Source of the DNA: Acidobacteriota bacterium
GTDB lineage: Bacteria > Acidobacteriota > Blastocatellia > UBA7656
Direction: 5' to 3'
Length of the DNA stretch: 37,001 nt
NCBI GenBank assembly: GCA_031389065.1
Contig: JANMSG010000221.1
Location: forward strand, 1 to 37,001
The notes under the pieces are model-generated. The model was not told the DNA's origin. It was given only the letters and a program-made list of their open reading frames with translations, and searched no databases. The translations under genes and the position numbers were made by a program. The first letter of the stretch is position 1. The number at the start of each line of letters is the position of its first letter. This document shows positions 1 through 9,625 of the stretch, in pieces.

Positions 1-50
1 GGCGGGTTTCTACATCAGTCAACCCGCCCGCTACCGCAGGCGGTTCTGAC
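1..50. repeat. REP-like GC-rich palindromic element (truncated at window edge)
   Basis: GGCGGGTT(1-8)/AACCCGCC(21-28) inverted pair, followed by CGCTACCGCAGGCGGTTCTGAC containing an ACCGC/GCGGT hairpin; lies just past the stop of the ligase gene. Confidence 0.5.
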
Positions 51-59
51 TTATTGCGC

Positions 60-1622
60 TTAATGCACGCGCTTCTCAAAGCCTTTCCAGTAGGTTTCGC
101 GTAATTCCTTTTTCAAGATTTTCCCTGTGCCGCCTTTTGGAAGCGATTCGCGAAATTCTATGGACTTGGGAATCTTGAAACCAGGCAATTGCGTGCGGCA
201 ATACTCTATCAATTCTTCCTCAATCATCTGCTGCCCTTCTTTCAACACGACAATGGCTTTCGGCACTTCGCCCCAACGCTCGTCAGGCACGGCAATCACG
301 GCACACTCTAAGACAGCCGCGTTCGAGTAGATTGCTTTTTCCACTTCAATCGAAGAGATATTTTCGCCGCCTGAAATGATGATGTCTTTCTTGCGGTCCA
401 CAATCAGGTAATACCCTTCTTCATCAACAACCGCCATATCGCCTGTGTGAAACCAGCCGTCGCGTATCAATCGTGCAGTCTCTTCGGGCAACTTCCAATA
501 ACCAGTCATTACGTTGTCGGCGCGCACAACAATTTCGCCATCACTTTTGCCATCGTGTGGCAAATGATTATCGTTGCCATCCATAATGCTCATTTCAACG
601 CCGGGCATAGGAAAGCCTGTCATCGCTTGTCTCTGCCAACGCGCTTCATCAGATAGATCTTTCAAATGTTCTTTGATAAACGATATCGTCAACACAGGCG
701 TGGTCTCCGTCAAGCCATACCCAGAATAGGCGCGACAACCTATCGTTTGTTCAATTTCGCGGATGAGCGAGGGACCGGAAGCTGCGCCGCCGATGTTGAT
801 GAATTCAAGGCTCGATAAATCGTACTCTTTAATTTTCGGATGATTGAGCAGCGCATAAGCCATCGTAGGCACTACGGCGACGTGCGTGATGCGTTCGCGT
901 TGAATAATCTCCAGCACTTCCTGCGGGTCGAATTTCGGGACAATTACGTGACGCGCTCCCATGCAGGTGAGGGTATGCGGCGTCCCCCAGCCATTGACAT
1001 GAAAGAGCGGTATCGAGTGCAGTTGCGTGTGATAATCCTTGATGCCCAGGCCGCCGATGACTTGCATGGCGTGAAGGTAGAGTTTGCGATGCGTCATCAT
1101 CACTCCTTTCGGATTGGCGGTCGTGCCTGACGTGTAAAAGAGTTCTGCGAGGTCGTCGTCTTTTATCTCATCAGATGGCGTGAAATTGGCTCCTGTTGCC
1201 TGTATCAAGTCTTCGTATTGAGTTTCAATCGAAACGAATTGCCTGATGCTTGTGGTTTCATTTTTGAATGACTCAACCAGCGGCGCGAAGTCTTCGTTAT
1301 AAAATAGTGCGACGGTGTCAGAGTTGTTAAGGATGTAAGCAATCTCGTGCGGTGTCAGGCGAATGTTTATAGGCAGAAGAACTGCGCCCATCTGCACGAC
1401 GCCGTAATAAGCCTCGAGTAATTGATGGCTGTTGTAACCGAGCCATGCGACACGTTCGCCGCGCTCGATACCAAGTTCTGTGAGCGCGTTTGATAAGCGG
1501 TCACAGCGCTCGCCGTACTGCGCGTAAGTGAATCGCTTCTCGCCATCAATAATGCCGACTTTGCTGCCGTATTCACGAACAGCGCGTTGTTTCAATCGAA
1601 TTGGTGTTAGCGTCAAGTTCAT
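60..1622 (-). CDS. Long-chain-fatty-acid--CoA ligase (AMP-binding/ANL family)
   Basis: YTSGTTANPKG P-loop, GYGLTET, WFHTGD, C-terminal LPKGGTGKILK; GGAG RBS upstream of ATG 1622. Confidence 0.92.
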   Translation of the reverse strand: MNLTLTPIRLKQRAVREYGSKVGIIDGEKRFTYAQYGERCDRLSNALTELGIERGERVAWLGYNSHQLLEAYYGVVQMGAVLLPINIRLTPHEIAYILNNSDTVALFYNEDFAPLVESFKNETTSIRQFVSIETQYEDLIQATGANFTPSDEIKDDDLAELFYTSGTTANPKGVMMTHRKLYLHAMQVIGGLGIKDYHTQLHSIPLFHVNGWGTPHTLTCMGARHVIVPKFDPQEVLEIIQRERITHVAVVPTMAYALLNHPKIKEYDLSSLEFINIGGAASGPSLIREIEQTIGCRAYSGYGLTETTPVLTISFIKEHLKDLSDEARWQRQAMTGFPMPGVEMSIMDGNDNHLPHDGKSDGEIVVRADNVMTGYWKLPEETARLIRDGWFHTGDMAVVDEEGYYLIVDRKKDIIISGGENISSIEVEKAIYSNAAVLECAVIAVPDERWGEVPKAIVVLKEGQQMIEEELIEYCRTQLPGFKIPKSIEFRESLPKGGTGKILKKELRETYWKGFEKRVH

Positions 1623-1767
1623 TCAATCAATCTCCATTTTATATCCTTGGTTGCCTTAACTTCTCGGCAAACAAATTACCTTATATTTTACATTTACCGC
1701 AAAGTAATAAAGTAAATAGTGATTTCCAGTAGTGTGAATCGTGTTATACAATTTGGCAGGAGGCTTT

Positions 1768-2061
1768 ATGAGCAAAACTTATCATGTAGTTCCCTACAAA
1801 AGCAGACAGTGGGCGATAACAACTGCTGGCAACGGTAAATTTCTTTCCATTTACAACTCCAAGGCAGAAGCCATTGACGCTGCGCGTGAAAAGTTAGGCA
1901 CCACCATCGTTCATAGCCCCACAGGCGTAGCTCTTCATCCTGTCTTCGTCGAAGATGTTGATATTGATACCATCCGTGAAGCCGTGCGTAAGGTAGGCGA
2001 CCGCATACAGAATAGGATCGTTTTCAAACGCGCGACAAAAGCAAAATCAGCAAAAAAATAA
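1768..2061 (+). CDS. DUF2188-like small protein
   Basis: AGGAGG RBS before ATG 1768; YHVVP..QWAI..G....SIYNSKAEAIDAARE....IVH..G pattern typical of DUF2188. Confidence 0.65.
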   Translation: MSKTYHVVPYKSRQWAITTAGNGKFLSIYNSKAEAIDAAREKLGTTIVHSPTGVALHPVFVEDVDIDTIREAVRKVGDRIQNRIVFKRATKAKSAKK

Positions 2062-2092
2062 GAGCCGTAGATCAATATCTCGAATAACCTGA

Positions 2093-2707
2093 ATGCCTGT
2101 TACCTCACTTGATTTCAATAAAAGTGTATTTATGAATTGCCCTTTTGATCGGCAGTACCACCCCTTGTTTGAAGCTATCATTTTTACGATTCAATTATCA
2201 GGCTTCAAACCCAGATGCGCCCGTGAGGAGAGTGATTCAGGCGACATCAGACTTAGCAAACTGGCTCGAATCATCTCCGAATGCAAATATGGCATTCATG
2301 ATATTTCAAGAGTTCAGCCGAAAATCCCCAGATTTAATATGCCTTTGGAATTAGGAATTGATCTTGGCTGTAGATATTATGGCTCGAATAGACAAAGACG
2401 GAAGCAACTTCTGATTCTGGATACCGAACCTCATCGTTACCTGCGAACCATTTCCGATTTAAGAGGGCAGGATATTGAATCGCATAACGATGACCAACAA
2501 ACCATAATTCAAGTAGTCAGAAATTTTCTTTACACTTCAACCAACAACACCGGCATCCCTGGCGGGAAATACATTTATAGAAAATTCCTTGAATTTCAGA
2601 GCGACCTTCCCTCCATCTGTCGTTCTAGTCATCTGAGGAGGAATGAAATTGTATTTAAGCAATTGGTTGTTATCACACAGGAATGGTTAGGAAGATACCT
2701 GATCTGA
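2093..2707 (+). CDS. Hypothetical protein with nucleoside 2-deoxyribosyltransferase/TIR-like fold
   Basis: SVFMNCPFD...GFKPRCARE..DSG..RL.K...I.EC.YGIHDISR...PRFNMPLELG resembles the NDT-like pattern VF..PF / D.S / N...ELG; AT-rich. Confidence 0.55.
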   Translation: MPVTSLDFNKSVFMNCPFDRQYHPLFEAIIFTIQLSGFKPRCAREESDSGDIRLSKLARIISECKYGIHDISRVQPKIPRFNMPLELGIDLGCRYYGSNRQRRKQLLILDTEPHRYLRTISDLRGQDIESHNDDQQTIIQVVRNFLYTSTNNTGIPGGKYIYRKFLEFQSDLPSICRSSHLRRNEIVFKQLVVITQEWLGRYLI

Positions 2708-2727
2708 TTTGAAATCTCATTTTCCCT

Positions 2728-2853
2728 CGTACTGCGCGTAGGTGAATCGCTTATCGCCATCTAATGATGCCGACTTTGCCGCCGTGCTCACGGACAGCGC
2801 GTTGTTTAAATCGAATCGGTGTCAGTGTCAGGTTCATCTAATCAATCTCCATT
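2728..2853 (-). pseudogene. Frameshifted, truncated duplicate of the 5' end (RBS plus ~36 codons) of the acyl-CoA ligase at 60-1622
   Basis: Aligns to 1514-1638 with about 15 differences in 126 nt (manual count); ATG at 2837 reads MNLTLTPIRFKQRAVREHGGKVGII, then a 1-nt insertion leads to a stop. Confidence 0.85.
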
Positions 2854-3192
2854 ATTTATTAATGTTGCATCATACCAAACATCTTCATAGCCAGGGGCTA
2901 TCAAGAATCGCCAGCCTGCGGGTAGTGCCAAATATGGAATCACCTCAGGAAGCTTTTCTATTAAATGATGAACATGCAAAGGTTGAAACCAATCGTCATC
3001 ATATGAAAACGTTTCGCCTGCCCAAAGAAACCAACCGCTTGTACCTTCCAGCACTTTCCGCAAACCGTTTATTGGCAATTCGCCAGTATAGAGATTTAAA
3101 GAGGCGCCTATTTTTAAGCCCCAATCAAGCGGTTTATATTCGGCTCCGTATTTCTTGCAAATTTCAATCTGTTTTTGTGTAATCTCATCCAT
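2842..3192 (-). CDS. Imm33-like (DUF2185-related) putative immunity protein
   Basis: PINGLR....GTSGWFLWAGE..S.DDDWFQPLHVHHL.E..PEV.PYLALPAGWRFL....YEDVWYD motif; starts 6 nt after the upstream ligase stop. Confidence 0.6.
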   Translation of the reverse strand: MDEITQKQIEICKKYGAEYKPLDWGLKIGASLNLYTGELPINGLRKVLEGTSGWFLWAGETFSYDDDWFQPLHVHHLIEKLPEVIPYLALPAGWRFLIAPGYEDVWYDATLINNGD

Positions 3193-3197
3193 TGTAT

Positions 3198-4763
3198 TTA
3201 GCTAATGAGTCGCGCTTTGCCTTGCCAGTATTTTTCGCGCAGGGTTTTCTTCAAGATTTTACCGGTGCCGCCTTTCGGAAGTTCCCCTTCGATGATTTCT
3301 ATCGAGCGCGGGATTTTATAACTCGGAAGATGCGGGTGACAAAATTCTTCCAATTCTTCAAGCGTCAATGTCGCGCTCTCTTTCAAGCTCACGCAGGCGT
3401 GAACTCTTTCGCCCCACTCAGGGTCAGGCACCGGAATCACTGCCGCTTCTTTAATTTTTGGGTGCATATAAAGCACCGCTTCGACCTCTGTTGAAAAGAC
3501 ATTTTCGCCGCCTGAAACAATCATGTCTTTCTTACGATCAACCAGATACAGGAAGCCCTCTTCATCCACAGTCGCCAAATCGCCTGTGTACAACCATCCA
3601 TCACGCACGGCGTTTGCCGTGTCTTGGTCGCGTTTCCAATACCCTCGCATAATGTTTGGTCCGCGAGCGATGATTTCACCGACTTCGCCCGGCTTAATAT
3701 CTGTTCCGTCGTCTTTGACTACGCGCACGTCAACGCCAGGCACAGGCTTGCCGCAAGAGGCTAAACGCTTTTCGGCTTTTGCATCTGTAAGCGCTGCCTG
3801 ATGGTCTTCAGGCAACAGAGCCGTTAAGAGTGGCGAAGCTTCCGTCAATCCATAACCTTGCCCGAATCGACAGTCGAATATCTTCATGGCGCGGCGCAAA
3901 GTTTCTGGCGCAATCGGTGACGCGCCATAAGTGATTTGTCTGAGCGAGGACAAATCGTATTCTTCAATCTTCGGATGTTGCAGCAGAAAATTTATCATGG
4001 TCGGCACCAGCACAGTGGTTGAAATGCGCTCGCGTTGGATGGTCTCTAACACCTCTGTCGGATCGAAGCGCGCCAGGTAAGCCTGAGTGATTCCGTGCGC
4101 GATGTTATTGAACACAGCCGCGCCATCCGCTAAGTGAAACATCGGTGCGGTGTGCAGAAAAATATCGTTCTCTTTAGGCATTGCCACAGCATTCGAATGC
4201 TTGATATTCGAGAGCATATTGTGATGCGTGAGCATTACACCTTTCGGCTCCGCCGTTGTTCCTGATGTGTAAAACAATCCCAGCAGCTCGTCATCGCTGA
4301 TTTCGGGCGCATCGAAATCGGGCGCGCCTTGAGCAATCAAATCTTCATACATTAAATAATTTTCGCGTGGCGCATCGCCTATCGAAATGAAATGTTTGAC
4401 CGATGAAAGATGCGGACGGAGCGCGTCAATCATCGGCGCAAGCGCATCGTCAACGGCGATGGCGACGGCTTCGGAATGCTCTATGATGTATTTGACTTCG
4501 GAAGGCGGAATACGAAAATTGATGGGAACGACGGCCGCGCCGATTTGCGCTATGCCGTAATATAGTTCAAGGTAGCGCCAGTGGTTGAGCGCGAGAATTG
4601 CAACATGCTCTACGGGCTTGATGCCTAAACTGGCAAGCGAACTCGAAAGCCGATTGATACGCTCATCAAGTTGTTTGAATGTGTAACGCGCCTGATTCGT
4701 TATGGAGGCGATTTTATCCGGCGTTGCGGCGACAGTTTTTTTCAGCCCATCTACTATGCTCAT
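3198..4763 (-). CDS. Long-chain-fatty-acid--CoA ligase (AMP-binding/ANL family)
   Basis: YTSGTTAEPKG, GYGLTEAS, WLYTGD, LPKGGTGKILK; paralog of 60-1622. Confidence 0.92.
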   Translation of the reverse strand: MSIVDGLKKTVAATPDKIASITNQARYTFKQLDERINRLSSSLASLGIKPVEHVAILALNHWRYLELYYGIAQIGAAVVPINFRIPPSEVKYIIEHSEAVAIAVDDALAPMIDALRPHLSSVKHFISIGDAPRENYLMYEDLIAQGAPDFDAPEISDDELLGLFYTSGTTAEPKGVMLTHHNMLSNIKHSNAVAMPKENDIFLHTAPMFHLADGAAVFNNIAHGITQAYLARFDPTEVLETIQRERISTTVLVPTMINFLLQHPKIEEYDLSSLRQITYGASPIAPETLRRAMKIFDCRFGQGYGLTEASPLLTALLPEDHQAALTDAKAEKRLASCGKPVPGVDVRVVKDDGTDIKPGEVGEIIARGPNIMRGYWKRDQDTANAVRDGWLYTGDLATVDEEGFLYLVDRKKDMIVSGGENVFSTEVEAVLYMHPKIKEAAVIPVPDPEWGERVHACVSLKESATLTLEELEEFCHPHLPSYKIPRSIEIIEGELPKGGTGKILKKTLREKYWQGKARLIS

Positions 4764-5104
4764 AATGACCTCGATTGTTGAACTCGACTAATCGTCAAAT
4801 TATTCACCTGATTTTTAGCGGTAAAAGACCAACTTGCGTTTTCGCAGAATGTCACATAGACAACGCAATTGTAAAGATAACATCTATGCATAAGTCCGCC
4901 AATTTTCGAGCCGCGCTGATGGGAAGATGCACTGCTGCGGCAATAAATATTTCCTCCGCGTCACGGCGGCACTCCTCTGTGCATCTTCTGTAAAGTTTTG
5001 GCATTCAATCATCGGTCAACATAGCCTTGATGATAGGATAGTTCTTTGAAACAATAACACCGCTTCATCCCGAAAATTATTATTGCAGTAAGGAGAGCCT
5101 GAAG

Positions 5105-5605
5105 ATGCAGAGTGAAAGTTATTCCAGTGGCTCTGCGCAAAAACAACTGATGAGCAATAAACAGGTCATCGCTATTTTCGTGCTGGGCATCGTGATGATG
5201 TTTGTAGCATTTTGGGCAGGCCTCAGCGTGCTGAAAGGCAGCATTGTCTCGAGTTCAAATCAGGCGGTTGTGAAAAACGCCAACACACAGCAGCAGCAAA
5301 AGCCCGCAGAAGTGCAAAAACAGACGGAAGCGGCGGTTGCCAGTCCACCTGTAGAAACAACCGCACAAACACGTTACCTTGTACGAGTCGCTGCCTTTGG
5401 CACACAGCAAAAGGCTGAAGAACTGAAAAACGAACTTCGCAAAAGCTTCATCAGCGCACACGTGCAAATGCCAGCTGGGCTAGAGACGCTTTACAACGTC
5501 AATCTGGGACCTTTCGACAGGCGCGAAGAAGCGCAACAGGTAGCTAACGGTCTTTCCATGGAAGGCAAAAAGATATTGGGAATTTTTCAAGTAAACAAAA
5601 ACTAG
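5105..5605 (+). CDS. SPOR-domain membrane protein
   Basis: N-terminal TM helix, Q-rich linker, C-terminal YLVRVAAF...A..L...L...YNVNLGPF.RREEA SPOR pattern; AAGGAG RBS. Confidence 0.8.
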   Translation: MQSESYSSGSAQKQLMSNKQVIAIFVLGIVMMFVAFWAGLSVLKGSIVSSSNQAVVKNANTQQQQKPAEVQKQTEAAVASPPVETTAQTRYLVRVAAFGTQQKAEELKNELRKSFISAHVQMPAGLETLYNVNLGPFDRREEAQQVANGLSMEGKKILGIFQVNKN

Positions 5606-5618
5606 ACGAAGAAGAAAA

Positions 5619-5742
5619 AACGATGAACTAGGAACGATGAACGATGAATAGAATAGAATCTGGCATTGCTAACCTTCTATTAGCCTATTTCGAGTCAGCG
5701 CTTGCAAGACAGTTCATCGTTCATACTTCACACTTCATACTT
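5619..5742. repeat. Inverted heptamer-array element (AACGATG x4 ... TTCATCG/TTCATAC x4)
   Basis: Left arm 5619-5648, degenerate right arm 5713-5742; left arm nearly identical to 27869-27899. Confidence 0.8.
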
Positions 5743-5749
5743 TATAAAT

Positions 5750-6646
5750 ATGTTGATTCAACTCGAAGGATTAAAAAGCAACGCAACGCCGCGACTGCCT
5801 GAATGGTTGCGAAAACCGCAACGCAACGTCGAAGCAGACCACGATTTGAAACGTATGCTGCGCGCCCGCAGTTTGCACACGGTTTGCGAAGAAGCGCGTT
5901 GTCCGAATCGCAACGAATGTTTCGCCCGCGGCGCGGCGACGTTCATGATTTTGGGTGATGTCTGTAGCCGCAGTTGCGGTTTCTGTTCCGTAAAAACCGG
6001 GCGGGGGTTGCCGCTTGAATCGCTTGCCGATGAACCCGAACAGGTAGCCGAAGCCGCCGCGCAATTAGGCCTCAGTTACGTGGTCATCACCTCCGTTAAC
6101 CGCGATGAATTGCCAGACGGCGGCGCCAATCATTTTGCCCAAACCATTCACGCGGTGCGTCGTCGTTTGCCTGACTCTCAAGTGGAAGTTCTGACGCCGG
6201 ACTTCAAAGGAAATCTCAAAGCCCTTCGCGTCGTCTTAAATGCCAAGCCCGACACCTATAATCACAACGTCGAATCAGCGCCGCGACTTTATCCGACGGT
6301 TCGCCCGCAAGCCGATTACCAGCAATCGCTGGATGTGTTAAAAGAGGCGCATAGCTACGCGCCAGATGTTTTGACCAAATCAGGCTTCATGGTTGGACTT
6401 GGCGAAACCAGAGACGAAGTCAAAATACTGCTTGAAGATTTGCGGGCTCACTCGGTTGATGTTGTGACCATAGGGCAATATTTGCAGCCCACGCGAAAGC
6501 ATCTGCCGGTTGAAGAATTCATTCACCCGGAGGTCTTTGAAGAGTACAAAATCTACGGCGAAGGCTTAGGCTTTCGCGCAGTCTTTGCGGGACCTCTGGT
6601 TCGCAGTTCTTATATGGCGGATGTGGTTCACCAACAAGCCACATAA
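5750..6646 (+). CDS. lipA: Lipoyl synthase
   Basis: CEEARCPNRNEC and CSRSCGFC cluster motifs, C-terminal RSSY; start placed at ATG 5750 because the upstream in-frame extension is repeat-derived. Confidence 0.95.
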   Translation: MLIQLEGLKSNATPRLPEWLRKPQRNVEADHDLKRMLRARSLHTVCEEARCPNRNECFARGAATFMILGDVCSRSCGFCSVKTGRGLPLESLADEPEQVAEAAAQLGLSYVVITSVNRDELPDGGANHFAQTIHAVRRRLPDSQVEVLTPDFKGNLKALRVVLNAKPDTYNHNVESAPRLYPTVRPQADYQQSLDVLKEAHSYAPDVLTKSGFMVGLGETRDEVKILLEDLRAHSVDVVTIGQYLQPTRKHLPVEEFIHPEVFEEYKIYGEGLGFRAVFAGPLVRSSYMADVVHQQAT

Positions 6647-6742
6647 TTTTGGATTTTGGATTTTAGATTGAAAGAGGTGGATGTGACGCCAAAAAGATTT
6701 ATCAAAGGTTATAAATCCAAAATCCAAAATCCAAAATCCAAA
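6646..6742. repeat. Inverted heptamer-array element (ATTTTGG x3 ... AAATCCA x4)
   Basis: Left arm 6646-6669 abuts the lipA stop; right arm 6713-6742. Confidence 0.85.
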
Positions 6743-8467
6743 GTGCAGAGCAGTTGTCCTCCCGGTGAAACCACTTTCTCGGAAGAAGACATCATCGCCG
6801 CAAGGTTTCGCGTCACCAAGGTTCTGCCTTTTCAACAAGCCTCGCCGCCTTTCCTTAACAATCTATGGCTGGCAATTGCTTCAGGCTTTTTGCTGGTTTT
6901 AGCTTTTCCGAATTGGAATTTGTGGTCGCTCGGTTGGGTAGGTGTTGCGCCGCTGATTATGGGGGTTGCGCGTGAGCAAAAATTCTGGCGGTCGTTTTGG
7001 TTAGGCTTAACGACAGGGACAATTTTTTACGCCGGTTCATCGCCCTGGATCACTTATTCGATGCACCATTACGGCGGTATTCCGATGTGGATTTGCTATC
7101 TAATACTTGTCCTCCTCGCGGTGATTTTAAGTTCATTTACAGCGCTTTTTGCGGGCGTATTAGGCTACGCAATCAAGAGTTTCGGCGGCTGGGCAATTTT
7201 ATCGGCTCCCGTTTTGTGGGCGACGAGCGAATGGTTGCGCCTGCAAATCACTGGTATGGGCTGGAACAATTTAGGTTACTCGCAAGCATTTCAACCGACA
7301 TTGATTCAAATATCGAGATTCGGCGGCGTTTATCTGGTGAGCGCCTTTCTTATTTCGATGAGCGCGGCGGTGGTGTTCTCGCTAATTTATCTGGGTTATC
7401 GTCGCGGCTGGATGGCATTCACCATCGCAGGACTGTTGGCAATCGGAGTGGTGCTTTACGGCAAAGCCAGAGCGCCCGTCGCACCGCTGCCTGGTTCAAT
7501 CAATGTCCTGGCGATTCAGCCCAACATTCCGATTGAGGGCAATTGGGGCGATGAAAAGTTTGAAGATAAAATGACGCTTCGACACATCGCTTTGACCGAA
7601 CAAGAGATTGAAGAATTTCATAGCAGAGCGGACAAGGTTTCCGTAGAAGGAATGTCCGGCGATGGGATGGTTAAAGCTGACAACCGAAAAATCCATCTTG
7701 TAATTTGGCCCGAATCGCCGATGAATTTTCAGTATGAACGCGATGAGAAGTTGAGAAAGCGGCTTGCTGAGTTTACCCGACGCAATAAGGTTTATTTGCT
7801 CCTTAATAGTTGGGGCATACCGTCGGAAGGCGCGAATGCCGAAGCCAATACTAATAGTGTTTTGTTGCTCAGCCCAAGTGGTGAGTTAATCAGTCGCTAT
7901 GATAAAATTGCGCTTATGCCATTTGGCGAATATGTGCCGGCACGCGGGTGGATTCCTTTTATGGATAAAATACCCGCTTTAGTTGCGGACGTCGTTGCTG
8001 GCAAAAATTTCACCTTGCAAGAGGTCGCGGATGCAAAGATAGGAACGATGATTTGCTTTGAAGTAACCAGACCCGATGTGGCGCGACGATTCAGAAACGA
8101 AGGCGCTTCCGTGTTCGTTCAACTTTCAAATGAATCCTGGTTTGGGTTCACTTCGGCAGCGCGGCAGGTATTGTCGCAAACCATTTTTCGCGCCGTTGAA
8201 AACAATGTTGATATGATTCGTGTAACCAATTCGGGATTGTCAGCACAAGTTACTTCTCATGGCGAGGTGATTGGCGAAACCCTGATGTTTGAAACCGCAA
8301 CGCGAGTATGGTCTGCGAGCAGCGTTGCAGATAGGGAAAATCAACGCGCCACTTTTTACACGCGACACGGCGATGTCTTTGCAATTACTTGTGTCGTGTT
8401 GAGCGGCTTGCTTGCCGTTACAGCGATTGTTTACGAAAGATTAAAAAAGAAAGAAGAAGAAGAATGA
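6683..8467 (+). CDS. lnt: Apolipoprotein N-acyltransferase (start uncertain: GTG 6683 or GTG 6743)
   Basis: Multi-TM N-terminus, IQPNI, WPES, YDK..L.PFGEY.P, ICFE, SNESWFG, RAVEN (CN-hydrolase E-K-C triad). Confidence 0.93.
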   Translation: MTPKRFIKGYKSKIQNPKSKVQSSCPPGETTFSEEDIIAARFRVTKVLPFQQASPPFLNNLWLAIASGFLLVLAFPNWNLWSLGWVGVAPLIMGVAREQKFWRSFWLGLTTGTIFYAGSSPWITYSMHHYGGIPMWICYLILVLLAVILSSFTALFAGVLGYAIKSFGGWAILSAPVLWATSEWLRLQITGMGWNNLGYSQAFQPTLIQISRFGGVYLVSAFLISMSAAVVFSLIYLGYRRGWMAFTIAGLLAIGVVLYGKARAPVAPLPGSINVLAIQPNIPIEGNWGDEKFEDKMTLRHIALTEQEIEEFHSRADKVSVEGMSGDGMVKADNRKIHLVIWPESPMNFQYERDEKLRKRLAEFTRRNKVYLLLNSWGIPSEGANAEANTNSVLLLSPSGELISRYDKIALMPFGEYVPARGWIPFMDKIPALVADVVAGKNFTLQEVADAKIGTMICFEVTRPDVARRFRNEGASVFVQLSNESWFGFTSAARQVLSQTIFRAVENNVDMIRVTNSGLSAQVTSHGEVIGETLMFETATRVWSASSVADRENQRATFYTRHGDVFAITCVVLSGLLAVTAIVYERLKKKEEEE

Positions 8468-9595
8468 TTGAAGAATTAAGAACAAAGTACGAAGACTTAT
8501 CCTTGAGAGCAGCAGAGCTGCGGAGGTTTCTTTGACCCGGAAACCAAACACACAGAACTTTCGCGCATTGAAGAAGAAGTAGGAAAGCCTGATTTCTGGA
8601 ATGACCAGGAGCAGGCGCAAAAGAGCTTAAAGAGGCGCAGTCGCCTGGAAAATGCTATCGCCAAAGCCGAACGCTTTCGCAGTGAAGTTGACGATGCGGC
8701 AGTTCTATTCGAGTTCGCAGTCGAAGATGAAGGCTCTTTGAAAGAACTGCAAACGATGCTTGAAAAATTGCAGACGGATGTTGAAGAGAGCGAAACGGAG
8801 ATGCTTTTGTCCGGACCAAACGACGCCCGCGATGCAATCGTCACGATCAACGCGGGCGCTGGCGGAACCGACGCGCAAGACTGGGCGCAGATGTTGCTCA
8901 GAATGTATTTAAGATGGGCAGAGCGACGTGGGTTCAAAGTAGAACTCGTTGACGAACAGCCAGGCAAAGAAGCCGGTATCAAAGGCGCTACCTTCACACT
9001 GTCAGGCGATTACGCTTACGGCTTGATGTCTGCCGAGGCAGGCGTTCATCGCTTAGTTCGACTCAGTCCTTTTAATGCAGGTTCCAGCCGCGAAACCAGT
9101 TTCGCATCGGTCTTCGTCTATCCATCCATCGAAGAAGATGTCGAGATAGAGATTCAAGACAAAGATTTGCGCATAGACACCTACCGCGCAACCGGCGCTG
9201 GCGGTCAACATATCAACACTACGGATTCCGCCGTGCGCATTACGCATGTGCCTACAGGCTTAGTCGTCACTTGCCAGAATCAACGCTCGCAACATCAGAA
9301 CCGCGAAGTCGCTATGCGAATTTTGCGGTCGCGTTTGTATGATCTCGAAATGGAAAAACGCCGCGCCGAAGCGGCACAGCTTGAAGAGACGAAGCGCGAT
9401 ATCTCTTTCGGTTCGCAAATCCGAAATTACGTTTTGCATCCATACCGCCTGGCTAAAGACGTGCGGACGAAATACGAACGCAGCGACGTAGATACTGTGT
9501 TGGATGGCGATTTGGACGAGTTCATCAAAAGCTATCTGATTTTCAAGAGCAAGGTCGAGCGCGGCGAGGCTCTGCCTGAAACCAATGGTCAGTAA
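8464..9595 (+). CDS. prfB: Peptide chain release factor 2, with programmed +1 frameshift (join 8464-8532, 8534-9595)
   Basis: ATG 8464 overlaps the lnt stop; internal SD GGAGG 8522-8526 then CTT TGA C at 8530-8536; downstream frame has SPF and GGQ motifs. Confidence 0.96.
8522..8536 (+). promoter_or_regulatory. prfB autoregulatory frameshift signal
   Basis: GGAGG-TTT-CTT-TGA-C matches the canonical RF2 shift site. Confidence 0.95.
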
Positions 9596-9625
9596 TAAGG
9601 TTTAAGAAAGACTTACGCGCTATCT

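Noticed and set aside
2742-3182. 146-aa plus-strand ORF
   Set aside because: Antisense shadow of the Imm33-like gene and the ligase remnant
4923-4988. GAAGATGCAC/GTGCATCTTC inverted repeat in a divergent promoter region
   Set aside because: Single 10-bp stem with a long loop; no match to a riboswitch I recognise
5702-5749. N-terminal extension of LipA from TTG 5702
   Set aside because: Encoded by the heptamer arm (SSFILHTSYF); ATG 5750 is more plausible
8464-8737. prfB pseudogene or truncated 285-aa RF2
   Set aside because: Explained by the canonical programmed frameshift
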